From Bilifractor sp. (lineage in GTDB: Bacteria > Bacillota > Clostridia > Lachnospirales > Lachnospiraceae), in the NCBI GenBank assembly GCA_051879715.1, contig JBJEMO010000071.1, forward strand, positions 4,762 to 68,761: a stretch of DNA of 64,000 bases. Direction: 5' to 3'. The stretch's first letter is position 1, and the number at the start of each line of letters is the position of its first letter. The notes under the pieces were generated by a model. That model saw only the letters and a program-made list of their open reading frames with translations, was not told where the DNA came from and did not search any database. The position numbers and the translations under genes are program-made. Below, piece by piece: positions 1 to 9,247 of the stretch.

Positions 1-1
1 T

Positions 2-226
2 ATCGGTTATATTGTAGACCGTACCGGTTTTGAGGAGTTCCTGAAGTATGCAATGAAGGATGTTCACTTCGGACCGAAGACCGAAATGAACGGCAGACCA
101 TATTGGGGTGGAAAGCGCTATGATCAGACAAACGAACTCCGCTCTTCCATGTATCGGTTCTCAGACCGTCCATATGATGGATATTCCGGTATTCCAAGAG
201 AGGATATTCCGCAGAAGAAACGATGA
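2..226 (+). CDS. 3' end of an unidentified protein-coding gene (start lies upstream of the window)
   Basis: The frame is open from the window edge (IGYIVDRTGFEEFLKYAMKDVHFGPKTEMNGRPYWGGKRYDQ...IPQKKR) to TGA at 224-226, followed by a strong hairpin. Product not recognised. Confidence 0.4.
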   Translation: MGYIVDRTGFEEFLKYAMKDVHFGPKTEMNGRPYWGGKRYDQTNELRSSMYRFSDRPYDGYSGIPREDIPQKKR

Positions 227-258
227 TCTGATACAAGATTGATATTGTTTATCATACC

Positions 259-326
259 AGAAAGACCTTTGCATCAAATGATCCGGAATGCTGTATCTGC
301 CCGGGACGTGATGCAAAGGTCTTTCT
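259..326. terminator. Hairpin between convergent genes (putative bidirectional terminator)
   Basis: Perfect 18-bp inverted repeat AGAAAGACCTTTGCATCA (259-276) / TGATGCAAAGGTCTTTCT (309-326) with a T-rich tail GATTTTCTTTT on the + strand. The 32-nt loop is long for a classical intrinsic terminator. Confidence 0.45.
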
Positions 327-337
327 GATTTTCTTTT

Positions 338-616
338 CTATCTTTTTCCCGTATCCTGCCATGCACGATACAGGAAACGGCCGAAAAACGTCATATTTTC
401 ATCGTCTGTCCGTCTACGGTCCAGTAGATAATAGCGACGGAACATAATCGCTTGCTTTTCCATAAAATCTTCTATAAGTTCCATGGAATAATTTGCGGTA
501 TCCTCTCCATGATCCTCGAAGAACCGATTGAAGCTGTCGTTCTTTCTGTGCGAGTCGATCAGGCACACATAGATGATATTGCAATATCCGATTAAGGCTT
601 TGTAGCTTTGAAACAT
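338..616 (-). CDS. Hypothetical 92-aa protein
   Basis: ORF only, in the same orientation as and adjacent to the downstream kinase-like gene. No motif recognised. Confidence 0.3.
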   Translation of the reverse strand: MFQSYKALIGYCNIIYVCLIDSHRKNDSFNRFFEDHGEDTANYSMELIEDFMEKQAIMFRRYYLLDRRRTDDENMTFFGRFLYRAWQDTGKR

Positions 617-639
617 AAGCAGTACGCTCTTACATATGC

Positions 640-1287
640 TCAGTCTGGCTGTGTAATTCCGTGATGATAGCCGTGCTCCTTATGATCTATGGCATTTTTG
701 ATCATTTCTACACAACCGTCAACACCGAACTTTGCGCTATCCAGACACAGATCGTAGCTGGAAGCAGATCCCCACTCTTTGCTCGTGTAGTAATTGTAGT
801 AGCTGGACCGGCTCTTGTCATTCTTGCGGATCCGGTCCCGTGCCTTTGAGTCTGTCAGATCATAAAGCGTTGAGATACGTCTCACTCTGACGTCAAGATC
901 TGCATGTATGAAGATACTGAGCAGATTCGGGTTGTCCTCAAGGGCATAATCGGCACATCTGCCGATGATCACACAGGGACCCTGTGACGCCAGCTTCTTC
1001 ACCGTGTCAAACTGTGCCAGAAAAACCTTCTGATTCAGAGGCATCTCGTTCATGACATTCGATGTATAACCGAAGGAATATGTATCCATTACCAGAGAAT
1101 ACAGAAAACTGCTCGTTGGCTTTTCGTCCTGATTCTCAAAAATTTCCTTGGCCAGACCACTGTTCTTTGCTGCCTGGTCCAGAAGCTCCTTATCGTAAAA
1201 AGGAATCTTCAGATCATCTGCAAGTAACTTCCCGATCAGATGTCCACCACTGCCAAACTCACGTCCTATTGTAATGATCGTCTTCAT
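640..1287 (-). CDS. Cytidylate kinase-like family protein
   Basis: N-terminal MKTIITIGREFGSGGHLIGKLLADDLKIPFYDKELL resembles the cytidylate-kinase-like (P-loop related) family common in Clostridia. An AGGAGG-type RBS (ggaggaac) lies upstream. Confidence 0.7.
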   Translation of the reverse strand: MKTIITIGREFGSGGHLIGKLLADDLKIPFYDKELLDQAAKNSGLAKEIFENQDEKPTSSFLYSLVMDTYSFGYTSNVMNEMPLNQKVFLAQFDTVKKLASQGPCVIIGRCADYALEDNPNLLSIFIHADLDVRVRRISTLYDLTDSKARDRIRKNDKSRSSYYNYYTSKEWGSASSYDLCLDSAKFGVDGCVEMIKNAIDHKEHGYHHGITQPD

Positions 1288-1514
1288 AACAGTTCCTCCT
1301 TTCCATGATCTGTTCCGGATGGAACGGATTGCAGGAAATTACATATACCTGATTGAAAGCAGGGCAATCAAGATGTTGTTTTCGAAACAATTCATTTCTG
1401 TGCCATCATTATAACATATCTTCTGATAAATTGCATATAAAAACATTATTATCCGAACTGTTTTTGTATGCTTTGACAAAATATCCTATCACACAGGGGA
1501 ATTGTACGAATTTG

Positions 1515-2432
1515 TTATGAAAGCTTTCGCAACAGGTCCTCAAAGTAATCTGGAAGCGGGGCTGTAAACTCCATATACTGCCCTGTCACCGGATGCTGAA
1601 ATCCCAGAACCATAGCATGTAATGTCTGGCCCTGCAGTCCTTTGACAGGGCATTTCTTAGGACCATAGAGCGTATCGCCGAGCAGGGGATGTCCAATATG
1701 TGCCATATGTACACGGATCTGGTGGGTCCTGCCGGTTTCCAGGCGGCATTCAACATATGTGAAACCTTTTAAACGCTGCAGAACATGAACATGGGTTACG
1801 GCCGGCTTGCCTTTGTCATCTGTCGTGACTGTCATTTTCTTCCGGTCGGTGGGGTGCCTGCCGATATTTCCCTGGATTGTAATATCGTCCTCAGACAGGA
1901 TTCCATGAACGATAGCCCGGTATCTACGTGTGATGCTGTGCACGGAGAGCTGTGCGGCGAGACTTCGGTGGGCAAGATCATTTTTGCATACAACCAGAGC
2001 ACCTGTTGTATCCATATCAATCCGATGCACAATACCAGGGCGCAGTACACCGTTGATACCTGACAGGCTGTCTCCGCAATGGTACAGGAGAGCGTTCACC
2101 AGCGTGTGGGAATAATGGCCTGCGGCAGGATGGACAACCATGCCCTTTGGTTTATTAACGACCAGCAGGTCATCATCTTCATAGAGAATATCCAGGGGGA
2201 TATTCTCAGGAAGAATGTCAGGTTCCTGCGTATCCGGAATGGATAAATGCACCTGATCTCCTGCCTGAATACGGTAATTCGCCTTTACCTGTCTGCCGGA
2301 GACAGAAACCGCCGCATCCTTCAGAAGCTTCTGAATATGGGAACGGGACATCGTCTCCAGCTGTTTCGTCAGGTAGACATCAATCCGCTCATCCTGATCT
2401 TCCGGATCTACATTAATAGTAATTTCTTTCAT
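1515..2432 (-). CDS. rluD: RluA-family 23S rRNA pseudouridine synthase (RluD-like)
   Basis: N-terminal S4-like region, the catalytic-Asp motif HRIDMDTTG, and a C-terminal RTHQIRVH motif. Confidence 0.9.
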   Translation of the reverse strand: MKEITINVDPEDQDERIDVYLTKQLETMSRSHIQKLLKDAAVSVSGRQVKANYRIQAGDQVHLSIPDTQEPDILPENIPLDILYEDDDLLVVNKPKGMVVHPAAGHYSHTLVNALLYHCGDSLSGINGVLRPGIVHRIDMDTTGALVVCKNDLAHRSLAAQLSVHSITRRYRAIVHGILSEDDITIQGNIGRHPTDRKKMTVTTDDKGKPAVTHVHVLQRLKGFTYVECRLETGRTHQIRVHMAHIGHPLLGDTLYGPKKCPVKGLQGQTLHAMVLGFQHPVTGQYMEFTAPLPDYFEDLLRKLS

Positions 2433-2465
2433 GGAAATATGCTCCCTGTCTTGTCCGGGTGAGAT

Positions 2466-3056
2466 TCATTCTGCATCCTTTCCATTTATACTGTTCTGGT
2501 TGTTATTTTCTTCCTGCATATCCTCACCTTGCCTTCTCCTGAAAATCTCCTGAAGATCGTTGTCCTTATAGTGAAATAAAACAAGGACAATCAGGACAAT
2601 TACGGAAAGGGTTACATAGATATCAGCAACATTAAATACCGGAAAGTGAATGATGGAAAAGTAGATAAAGTCTACCACATATCGGTGCATCACCCGGTCA
2701 ATCAGATTCCCGACGGCCCCTGCACATAGAACAGTGACACACCAAAGCAGCGGATTATACCTGGACGTGTCACGGGGGACTCTGCGCATCAGCACAATTG
2801 CTGCAATCAGAAAGACTGCTGTGAGAATATAGAAAAACCACTGCTGATTCTGAAGCATACTGAAGGCAGCGCCGTTATTTTCCAGATATTGCAGTTCCAG
2901 AACGCCCGGAATCAGAACTTTGGCCGGTCTGCCGGCAAGGCAGATGAAAGCGAGATGCTTTGTGATCTGGTCAAGTAAAACCATGAGAGCTCCGGCGATC
3001 AGAAGAACAATAGGATTGGTACTTTTTTTGTCTGTAGACTGGTTAATTGATTTCAT
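2466..3056 (-). CDS. lspA: Lipoprotein signal peptidase (signal peptidase II)
   Basis: Polytopic membrane protein with the NNGAAFS, NLIDR and FNVADI motifs typical of LspA. Confidence 0.9.
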   Translation of the reverse strand: MKSINQSTDKKSTNPIVLLIAGALMVLLDQITKHLAFICLAGRPAKVLIPGVLELQYLENNGAAFSMLQNQQWFFYILTAVFLIAAIVLMRRVPRDTSRYNPLLWCVTVLCAGAVGNLIDRVMHRYVVDFIYFSIIHFPVFNVADIYVTLSVIVLIVLVLFHYKDNDLQEIFRRRQGEDMQEENNNQNSINGKDAE

Positions 3057-3096
3057 GTGTATCAGGATTCCTTATATAGAAAGTGATGTTTCTCTG

Positions 3097-3228
3097 ATAA
3101 TGTATTGCTAATAATGTATCAGAAATAATGTATCAGAAATTATGTATCGGCATTAATGTATCAGCAAATAATACAGCTATAAATAATGTGTCTTCAAATA
3201 ATATATAAGCAAATAATGTATCTGCGGC
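3097..3228. repeat. Array of about 9 degenerate ~15-bp direct repeats (TAATGTATCAGMAAA-like)
   Basis: Read directly: ...taatgtattgc taataatgtatcagaaa taatgtatcagaaat tatgtatcggcat taatgtatcagcaaa taatacagctataaa taatgtgtcttcaaa taatatataagcaaa taatgtatctgcgg. Lies in the intergenic gap between aroB and lspA. Confidence 0.7.
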
Positions 3229-3281
3229 GATAGCAGTAACGAAAGGTACTCTGCGATAACGGTAAAGAAAAATATTCTGCC

Positions 3282-4379
3282 TTAATGGATTAACGATGAT
3301 GCAGTATCATACAGATCCTGATCGGTAACAGTACTATCTATTACTGCATTGCCGATCCCATCGAGCAGGATAAAGCGGATTCTGCCCTCTTCCATCTTTT
3401 TGTCTGATTTTGTTGTGCGGACTATATCATCAGCTGAAAGTCCCTGCACACAGGTAGGAATATGAAATTCCTGGTGCAGACGGACAATCCATTGGTATTC
3501 CGCCTCTGAAATCATTCCCTTCTTCCAGGAAAGCCAGCTCGCGCCAATTGATCCGATTCCTACGCATTGTCCATGCAGAAGTGCGAAGTGTTTTTCCTTT
3601 TCAATGGCATGACCGAGTGTATGTCCGAAATTTAATATTGCACGGATGCCTCTGTCTGTGGGATCCTCTTCCACAACAGCCGCTTTCACTTTGCAGCAGG
3701 CTCGGATCACATGTGCAAGAGATTTAGAATCGCGATCCTGAAGGGCAGATGCATGGGTGTCAATCCATTCCAGAAGCGCTCTGTCGCGGATAGCACCTGT
3801 TTTCAGAACCTCTCCCATGCCTGATGCAAACTGGTCATCTGGAAGAGTCTTAAGTGTTTCTGTATTCATAAATACAAGACGCGGCTGCCAAAAAGCACCG
3901 ACCATATTCTTGTACCGGGCAAAGTCTACACCGGTTTTTCCCCCAACGCTGCTGTCCACCTGTGCAAGCAGAGTGGTGGGAATCTGAATAAAATCAATTC
4001 CCCGCAGATATGTCGCGGCTGTAAACCCGGTCAGGTCCCCGGTCACTCCGCCGCCGAGGGCGGCAAGCATATCATTTCGCTCAAATCTGTTACTGATCAG
4101 AAAACGGTAGAGATCTGAAACCGTATCCAGATTTTTGTGTTCCTCTCCGGCGGAAAATACATAGGTTTTTACGTCAAGTCCTAGCGGCTGCAGTGCCCGT
4201 GCAGTCTGCTCAGCGTACAAGGGTGCAACATTGCTGTCAGATACAATACAGATTTTTTTTGCACGGAAGCCCTTGATCCGTTGTATTTCATCAGCCAGGG
4301 ATTTAAAGCTGTTCTCCCAGACAATGGGATAGGAAAATTCCAGTCCACTATTCTTTCTTTCAACAATAAGTGATTCCAT
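3282..4379 (-). CDS. aroB: 3-dehydroquinate synthase
   Basis: GGGVTGDLTGF nucleotide-binding motif, metal-binding HTLGHAIE region, and a length (365 aa) typical of AroB. Confidence 0.9.
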   Translation of the reverse strand: MESLIVERKNSGLEFSYPIVWENSFKSLADEIQRIKGFRAKKICIVSDSNVAPLYAEQTARALQPLGLDVKTYVFSAGEEHKNLDTVSDLYRFLISNRFERNDMLAALGGGVTGDLTGFTAATYLRGIDFIQIPTTLLAQVDSSVGGKTGVDFARYKNMVGAFWQPRLVFMNTETLKTLPDDQFASGMGEVLKTGAIRDRALLEWIDTHASALQDRDSKSLAHVIRACCKVKAAVVEEDPTDRGIRAILNFGHTLGHAIEKEKHFALLHGQCVGIGSIGASWLSWKKGMISEAEYQWIVRLHQEFHIPTCVQGLSADDIVRTTKSDKKMEEGRIRFILLDGIGNAVIDSTVTDQDLYDTASSLIH

Positions 4380-4479
4380 AAGGATCTCCTTTTTCTGTTA
4401 TAAGAAAAGCACCAGTAAGAATTGCTTCTAACTGATGCTCTGATGATGCTCTGTCCGGCATCATAAAAAAGTCATTTAA

Positions 4480-5085
4480 TCAGAATGATGTGCGCATGGT
4501 TGGCATTGCGCCATTCAGGAGATCCTGTATATCACCGGAAATCTCCACAGAAGACGGTGTGAGGATGAAAATATAGCTTGAAACCTTCTGAAGTCCACCG
4601 CCGATTGCATAACACGAACCTGATGAAAAATCAATGATACGCTGTGCAAGCTCAACATCCAGTCCCTCAAGATTCAATACTACTGTACATCCGGAAAGCA
4701 GTGTATCAGCAATTTCGCGGTAATCCTCGACCTTGGCAGGCTTGATGACACAGACCTCCATATTGCTATGGGAGGCAGAAACACCGGAACGGCGCATTGG
4801 TGTAACCTTCTGAGACGAAGCTGCCGGACGTGTCTGCATCTTGGAAGCGCTGGTATATCTGGGAGCGGCCTCCGGCTGTGCTCTGCGGACCGGTTCTTCC
4901 TCTTCAATCTCCTTCCGGGGCTTTACGGTCTTATGGCTTCCAAAACGCTTCTTCCTCGGTGCCTCCGAAACCTCTTCCGGCTCTTCATCAAATTCATCAT
5001 CATCGTCGTCGAAAAATGCATCATCGTCGTCATCGTAATCATCGTTTAAACGAACAGCATCCAGGAACTTATCAAAAAAACCCAT
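4480..5085 (-). CDS. sepF: Cell division protein SepF
   Basis: C-terminal DUF552/SepF core (VCVIKPAKVEDYREIADTLLSGCTVVLNLEGLDVELAQRIIDFSSG) after an acidic/low-complexity linker. Start chosen at MGFFDKF (ATG 5085), which has GGAGAG 8 nt upstream; the longer ORF to 5136 has no RBS. Confidence 0.85.
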   Translation of the reverse strand: MGFFDKFLDAVRLNDDYDDDDDAFFDDDDDEFDEEPEEVSEAPRKKRFGSHKTVKPRKEIEEEEPVRRAQPEAAPRYTSASKMQTRPAASSQKVTPMRRSGVSASHSNMEVCVIKPAKVEDYREIADTLLSGCTVVLNLEGLDVELAQRIIDFSSGSCYAIGGGLQKVSSYIFILTPSSVEISGDIQDLLNGAMPTMRTSF

Positions 5086-5175
5086 ATTGTTATACTCTCC
5101 TAACCAAAAAAATTCGCCGTGATTATCTGTCTGCAATGCAGAGCATCATATACCGTGGGCAGCTGAACAAACCAC

Positions 5176-5892
5176 TTATTTATCTGCCTCCTGATGGCTG
5201 TAATCACGGGCTCCGAAAATGGCAGTGCCTACACGAACAATGGTTGCTCCCTCTTCAACGGCGATCTGGTAGTCATTTGTCATACCCATACTCAGAGTCT
5301 TCATCTCAACATTCTCATTATCAGTGTTTTCCATTCCTATGTCAACACTTAATTGCCTTAATTTGCGGAAGACAGGACGGTTGTCCTCTGGATCTGAAAC
5401 AAAGGGTGCACTGGTCATAAGACCACTGACACGCACGTGAGGAAGGTTTTCTGCGATCCTGCGGACAAGAGAAGAAGCATCCTCGCAGGATACGCCAAAT
5501 TTGGTGTCCTCGCCTGCAACATTTACCTCGATCAGAATCGGGATGCAGCGATGATTCTTCACAGCCTCTTTTTCAATGGTTTCTGCAAGCTCATAACTGT
5601 CAACAGCATGAATCATTTTGATATAGCCCGCAATATACTTTACCTTGTTTCGCTGAAGGTGTCCGATCATATGCCATCGGATATCCTGTGGCAGATCCTC
5701 GTGTTTTCTGCGAAGCTCCTGTATGTAATTCTCACCAAAGTCCCGTACACCGGCATTGTACAGCTCTGTAATATTCTCTTCCGGTTTCGTCTTGCTCACA
5801 GCGACTAGTGTGACTTCCTTCGGATCTCTTCCAGAGCGTGCACAGGCCTCATTGATTTTTTCCTGAACAGATCTGTAGTTTTCTATTAGCAT
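5176..5892 (-). CDS. yggS: YggS/YlmE-family pyridoxal-phosphate homeostasis protein
   Basis: VAVSKTKP PLP-lysine motif and an alanine-racemase-N-like fold signature. Start at ATG 5892 (MLIENY), which has GAGG upstream. Confidence 0.85.
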   Translation of the reverse strand: MLIENYRSVQEKINEACARSGRDPKEVTLVAVSKTKPEENITELYNAGVRDFGENYIQELRRKHEDLPQDIRWHMIGHLQRNKVKYIAGYIKMIHAVDSYELAETIEKEAVKNHRCIPILIEVNVAGEDTKFGVSCEDASSLVRRIAENLPHVRVSGLMTSAPFVSDPEDNRPVFRKLRQLSVDIGMENTDNENVEMKTLSMGMTNDYQIAVEEGATIVRVGTAIFGARDYSHQEADK

Positions 5893-5909
5893 AATAAACA
5901 CCTCTTTTT

Positions 5910-7241
5910 TCAGCGTAGAATTTCTGATTCATTCACACTTGAACCGTCCCGGACGATGTAATCATATTGTGAGATGCCGTAGGTAGTCCCCTCCTTTACC
6001 AGACAGTATTCATCGTTCTGTTCCATAATATTGATTTTACGGAATTGCGCGTAGCCGCGATTGGTGCAGTAAACACCCTCAAGACTCGCAACAGCCTGTA
6101 TCGTATAGGTTTCACTGGAATCAGGCTTTACAATAATATCCCCCGGGTCAAAATCGGCTTCATCTACATAATAGACCTCCTGACCGGAATCATTTTTAGT
6201 ATCCTCATAAATATCCGTTTCCACAAATTCCGTAGTTGTACTGCCATCCTTTCCGGTCTTTTGCCTCATGAATCCCTCTGCACCCTCATCTCCTCCTGTT
6301 GTCAGGTACTCCACCGGAATTGTGTAGAATTCTTTGGTAACGATTGAAGACAGCGGTATTTTCAGACCTGTTTCCGTATTTGTCACAAGCTCAATATCAA
6401 GAAAACGATCGTCTGCAAATCGTACCAGACCACTGTACAGAGTTACTTTTGCATAATGGGTATTATCCTTGTCGAAGAAGGCAAGATCGCCATTTTCTGA
6501 GGTTCCATCTTTATTGAAACGGACGCGTACGGTTGTTTTGTCCTTGAGAGCTTCATACTGCCTGTCTGTCAGTGGAAAAACCAGATACCAGGTATCGTCG
6601 GTAGCAATCCTGAAGATCGGATTGCCCGCAGATACCTTATCGCTGGTACGTAATTCCGTGCCCTGATAAGCCTTACTGTTGAAATCATCAGAAGTGACAG
6701 CATCAGGAGTCAGGGACTCATAGCCATCAGTTGTGTAAGTGATGATTCCATCAGAAGATGCCTGACAGGCGGTACCAGTTACTGAGGATGGGTCACTGCT
6801 GTTTATAACCGTTGCATTCAGAGAGTACTGCAGATCATAAACAGAGCTGAAACGATTTGCATTGTAGGAACCCGCAAATTGAGATGCCAGCTGACGGACC
6901 TTATCCATATCAGAACTGGTCAGTGTCTGGGCGCTGGAAGCAGAATCCTGACTGTCGCTGATGCTGCACACTATGTCGCTTTTGGAAGCTTTGGCGCTGT
7001 CCTGAACATAATAACTTACATATCCATCTGCAGATGCATCCACAACGGTTTCCGTGCGCAGCGCCAGCGCTGTATAGGATTCGTTATTTGACAAGGTACC
7101 AGAAGTTACCATATAAGAAGATATGTGCCTGCTTGTCGCATAAATGAAGATGGTGATGATCAGATACAGAAAAAGAGCACCGAAGATTACCGTTCCGATA
7201 TTGAAATTTATGCCGCGCTTTTTTTTCTCCTCTTTTGTCAC
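5910..7241 (-). CDS. Membrane-anchored protein of the division-cluster family, usually annotated as HlyD-like
   Basis: Single N-terminal TM segment (IGTVIFGALFLYLIITIFIYA) followed by a large extracytoplasmic beta-rich region. Its position between yggS and the envelope genes is conserved. Function not established. Confidence 0.45.
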   Translation of the reverse strand: MTKEEKKKRGINFNIGTVIFGALFLYLIITIFIYATSRHISSYMVTSGTLSNNESYTALALRTETVVDASADGYVSYYVQDSAKASKSDIVCSISDSQDSASSAQTLTSSDMDKVRQLASQFAGSYNANRFSSVYDLQYSLNATVINSSDPSSVTGTACQASSDGIITYTTDGYESLTPDAVTSDDFNSKAYQGTELRTSDKVSAGNPIFRIATDDTWYLVFPLTDRQYEALKDKTTVRVRFNKDGTSENGDLAFFDKDNTHYAKVTLYSGLVRFADDRFLDIELVTNTETGLKIPLSSIVTKEFYTIPVEYLTTGGDEGAEGFMRQKTGKDGSTTTEFVETDIYEDTKNDSGQEVYYVDEADFDPGDIIVKPDSSETYTIQAVASLEGVYCTNRGYAQFRKINIMEQNDEYCLVKEGTTYGISQYDYIVRDGSSVNESEILR

Positions 7242-7305
7242 GACAACCTCCTGCTTTCGCTTTGAGTACTTATTCTAACATCTTCAAAAATGATTTACAA
7301 GTAAA

Positions 7306-7363
7306 AGAGGCCTTCGCAATCGTGACCGGATTATCCGGATACACAATTCATGCGAAAGCCTCT
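7306..7363 (-). terminator. Putative terminator hairpin downstream of the 141-aa gene
   Basis: AGAGGCCTTCGCA (7306-7318) pairs with TGCGAAAGCCTCT (7351-7363) with one mismatch. There is an inner CCGGAT..ATCCGG hairpin, and the minus-strand reading continues with TTTTAC. Confidence 0.4.
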
Positions 7364-7386
7364 GCCATGTGATCAGTACACTTGCT

Positions 7387-7812
7387 TTACAGAGCGAGGA
7401 GGATCTTTTCCTGCATATCTGCGCTCAGCTCTTCTTTATCCATAGACATGCTGATGATGAAGTCCACATTGAACATCTTGCTGATCTGCTCCAGCTGTTC
7501 GATACAGTCATCAACCTTACCCAGATGATCCTCAAGCTTTGTGAGCTTCAGGAAGCCATCAAGATACATCTGCTCTATGTCTCTGTTCTGAGAAATAATC
7601 CCGCAGATAAAACCTACAAATTCATCATAGTCCTTTAAGGGGTAAACCGAAACATCGATAAGACGGATTTTATTGTTGAGGTCCAGCATATGCTTTGCGC
7701 TCTTATCCAGATACACAATATCGCCGTTTGCTGATTTGACTGCTGTATTTACTTTATCCAGAATATATTTGGTTTTTCCTTTTCCCTTTTTGCCTACAAT
7801 TAATTGAACCAT
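7387..7812 (-). CDS. Small P-loop protein (hypothetical ATP-binding protein)
   Basis: Walker-A-like GKKGKGKT at the N-terminus. No further family recognised. Confidence 0.45.
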   Translation of the reverse strand: MVQLIVGKKGKGKTKYILDKVNTAVKSANGDIVYLDKSAKHMLDLNNKIRLIDVSVYPLKDYDEFVGFICGIISQNRDIEQMYLDGFLKLTKLEDHLGKVDDCIEQLEQISKMFNVDFIISMSMDKEELSADMQEKILLAL

Positions 7813-8017
7813 GGCAGAATCCTCCTTGAACAGTAACGTTATGTAATTCCAGGGTGTAACACGATCCGTACAGATCTGATGAAAATATCAGACTGTTAAA
7901 CGATTTCATTGTCTTTTTGTCTAAAATCGTTTCGGATTGATGGTTTAATTATAGTGTATTTACACAAAAAAGGCAAGCTACTTTGCGGATTTTATGACTT
8001 GTGCCCTCCCGACACAA

Positions 8018-9247
8018 TCATGAAGCAGCCAAAGCAGAGGAAGACTGCACGGAATCCGACCCGGAGGTTGAGGTAACACTCTCACTTGTTCCGGTTTCCG
8101 CGGCCGTCGTACTGCCAGTTGAGCCGGATGCAGTACTGCTCTCCTGATTGGTGAGATTGAGCAGCTTGCTCATATCTCCATAAAGGGTATCCTTGGAATC
8201 AGCCCCGGTGACAATGGCAATAAACGGTACACCGTAACTGTTCTGAACAACCAGGGCCAGACATGATCCTGCCTCATCCGTTGTACCGGTTTTACTTGCA
8301 AGAATCTGCACATTTGCCGGCAGTGAATATGTCCCGTCCAGATATTCGTCTGTCGTAGTCGAATTAAAGACACTGTCTCCTTCTGTACCTGTGACACTGG
8401 TCTGAAGCTGGGACTGGGATGCGATTTTTGAAAAATCCGGGTAGTCCTGATATGCCCTGTTCATCATCAGATAGATATCATAGGGGGTTGTATAATGCTG
8501 TTCGTCATGGAGACCGGAAGGATTCATGAAATGCGTCCCCGTCATTCCGAGCTTCTGGGCTTCCTGATTCATCACGTCCACGAAGGAATCTACACTTCCG
8601 CCAACTGTACGGGCGATTGCCATTGCAGCATCATTCGCTGAATAAACCAGTAGCAGATTCAGAAGATCATTCAGTGTAACCGTATCGCCGACTTCCAGCT
8701 GACTTGTCTGTGCATCTTCTCCCAGGTCAAAGTCCGCATCGGTCATGGTTACCTTCTGTGTCAGATCTGCATTGCTCTCAAAAGTGACAAGTGCAGTCAT
8801 GATTTTGGTAAGGCTTGCCGGATATATTTTATCGTAAATACCTTTTGCGAACAGGCAGGACCGGTCCTCAAGGTCAAACAGAAGCGCTCTCTCATCGGAT
8901 TCAGACAATGAGAGGCTGTCTGTTCCCTCCTCAGAACCCGAGCATACAATTCCCTCTGTCTCTGTATAATTAGAGGTACTCTGCAGGGCAAAAGCGGACA
9001 GATCCTCTGTTCCATTCACTGTTGCCAGACTGTAAGCCTGGGAGGTGTCCAGCCGGGTTCTGGAAATGTAGACAAGACGAATCAGAACGATAGCGAGAAT
9101 AATGATCACTGCAATGAATATGGCTGCAATCCGGCGAAGCATGATCTGCCGTCTGCGTCGCGTATTTTTCCTGCGTCTGTCAGGATGATTTTTTTTCGTA
9201 TGCGTTCCCGTCGTATTCTGGTTTGAAGGTTTCTCCTGTATAGACAT
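8018..9247 (-). CDS. D-alanyl-D-alanine carboxypeptidase (PBP5-type serine peptidase)
   Basis: SxxK (ASLTKIM), SxN (YSANDAA) and KTG (SKTGTT) motifs, an N-terminal TM anchor and an S/T-rich C-terminal tail. The start may be an internal Met because the 5' end overlaps rodA by 68 nt. Confidence 0.8.
   Translation of the reverse strand: MSIQEKPSNQNTTGTHTKKNHPDRRRKNTRRRRQIMLRRIAAIFIAVIIILAIVLIRLVYISRTRLDTSQAYSLATVNGTEDLSAFALQSTSNYTETEGIVCSGSEEGTDSLSLSESDERALLFDLEDRSCLFAKGIYDKIYPASLTKIMTALVTFESNADLTQKVTMTDADFDLGEDAQTSQLEVGDTVTLNDLLNLLLVYSANDAAMAIARTVGGSVDSFVDVMNQEAQKLGMTGTHFMNPSGLHDEQHYTTPYDIYLMMNRAYQDYPDFSKIASQSQLQTSVTGTEGDSVFNSTTTDEYLDGTYSLPANVQILASKTGTTDEAGSCLALVVQNSYGVPFIAIVTGADSKDTLYGDMSKLLNLTNQESSTASGSTGSTTAAETGTSESVTSTSGSDSVQSSSALAAS

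Noticed and set aside
3097-3228. Possible CRISPR array (also considered for 44864-44953)
   Set aside because: The repeats are contiguous 15-bp units with no unique spacers, are far shorter than CRISPR repeats, and no cas genes are in the window.
4425-4470. ATGATGC..GCATCAT hairpin between sepF and aroB as a terminator
   Set aside because: On the coding (minus) strand the T-run precedes rather than follows the stem, so it does not have intrinsic-terminator geometry for these genes.
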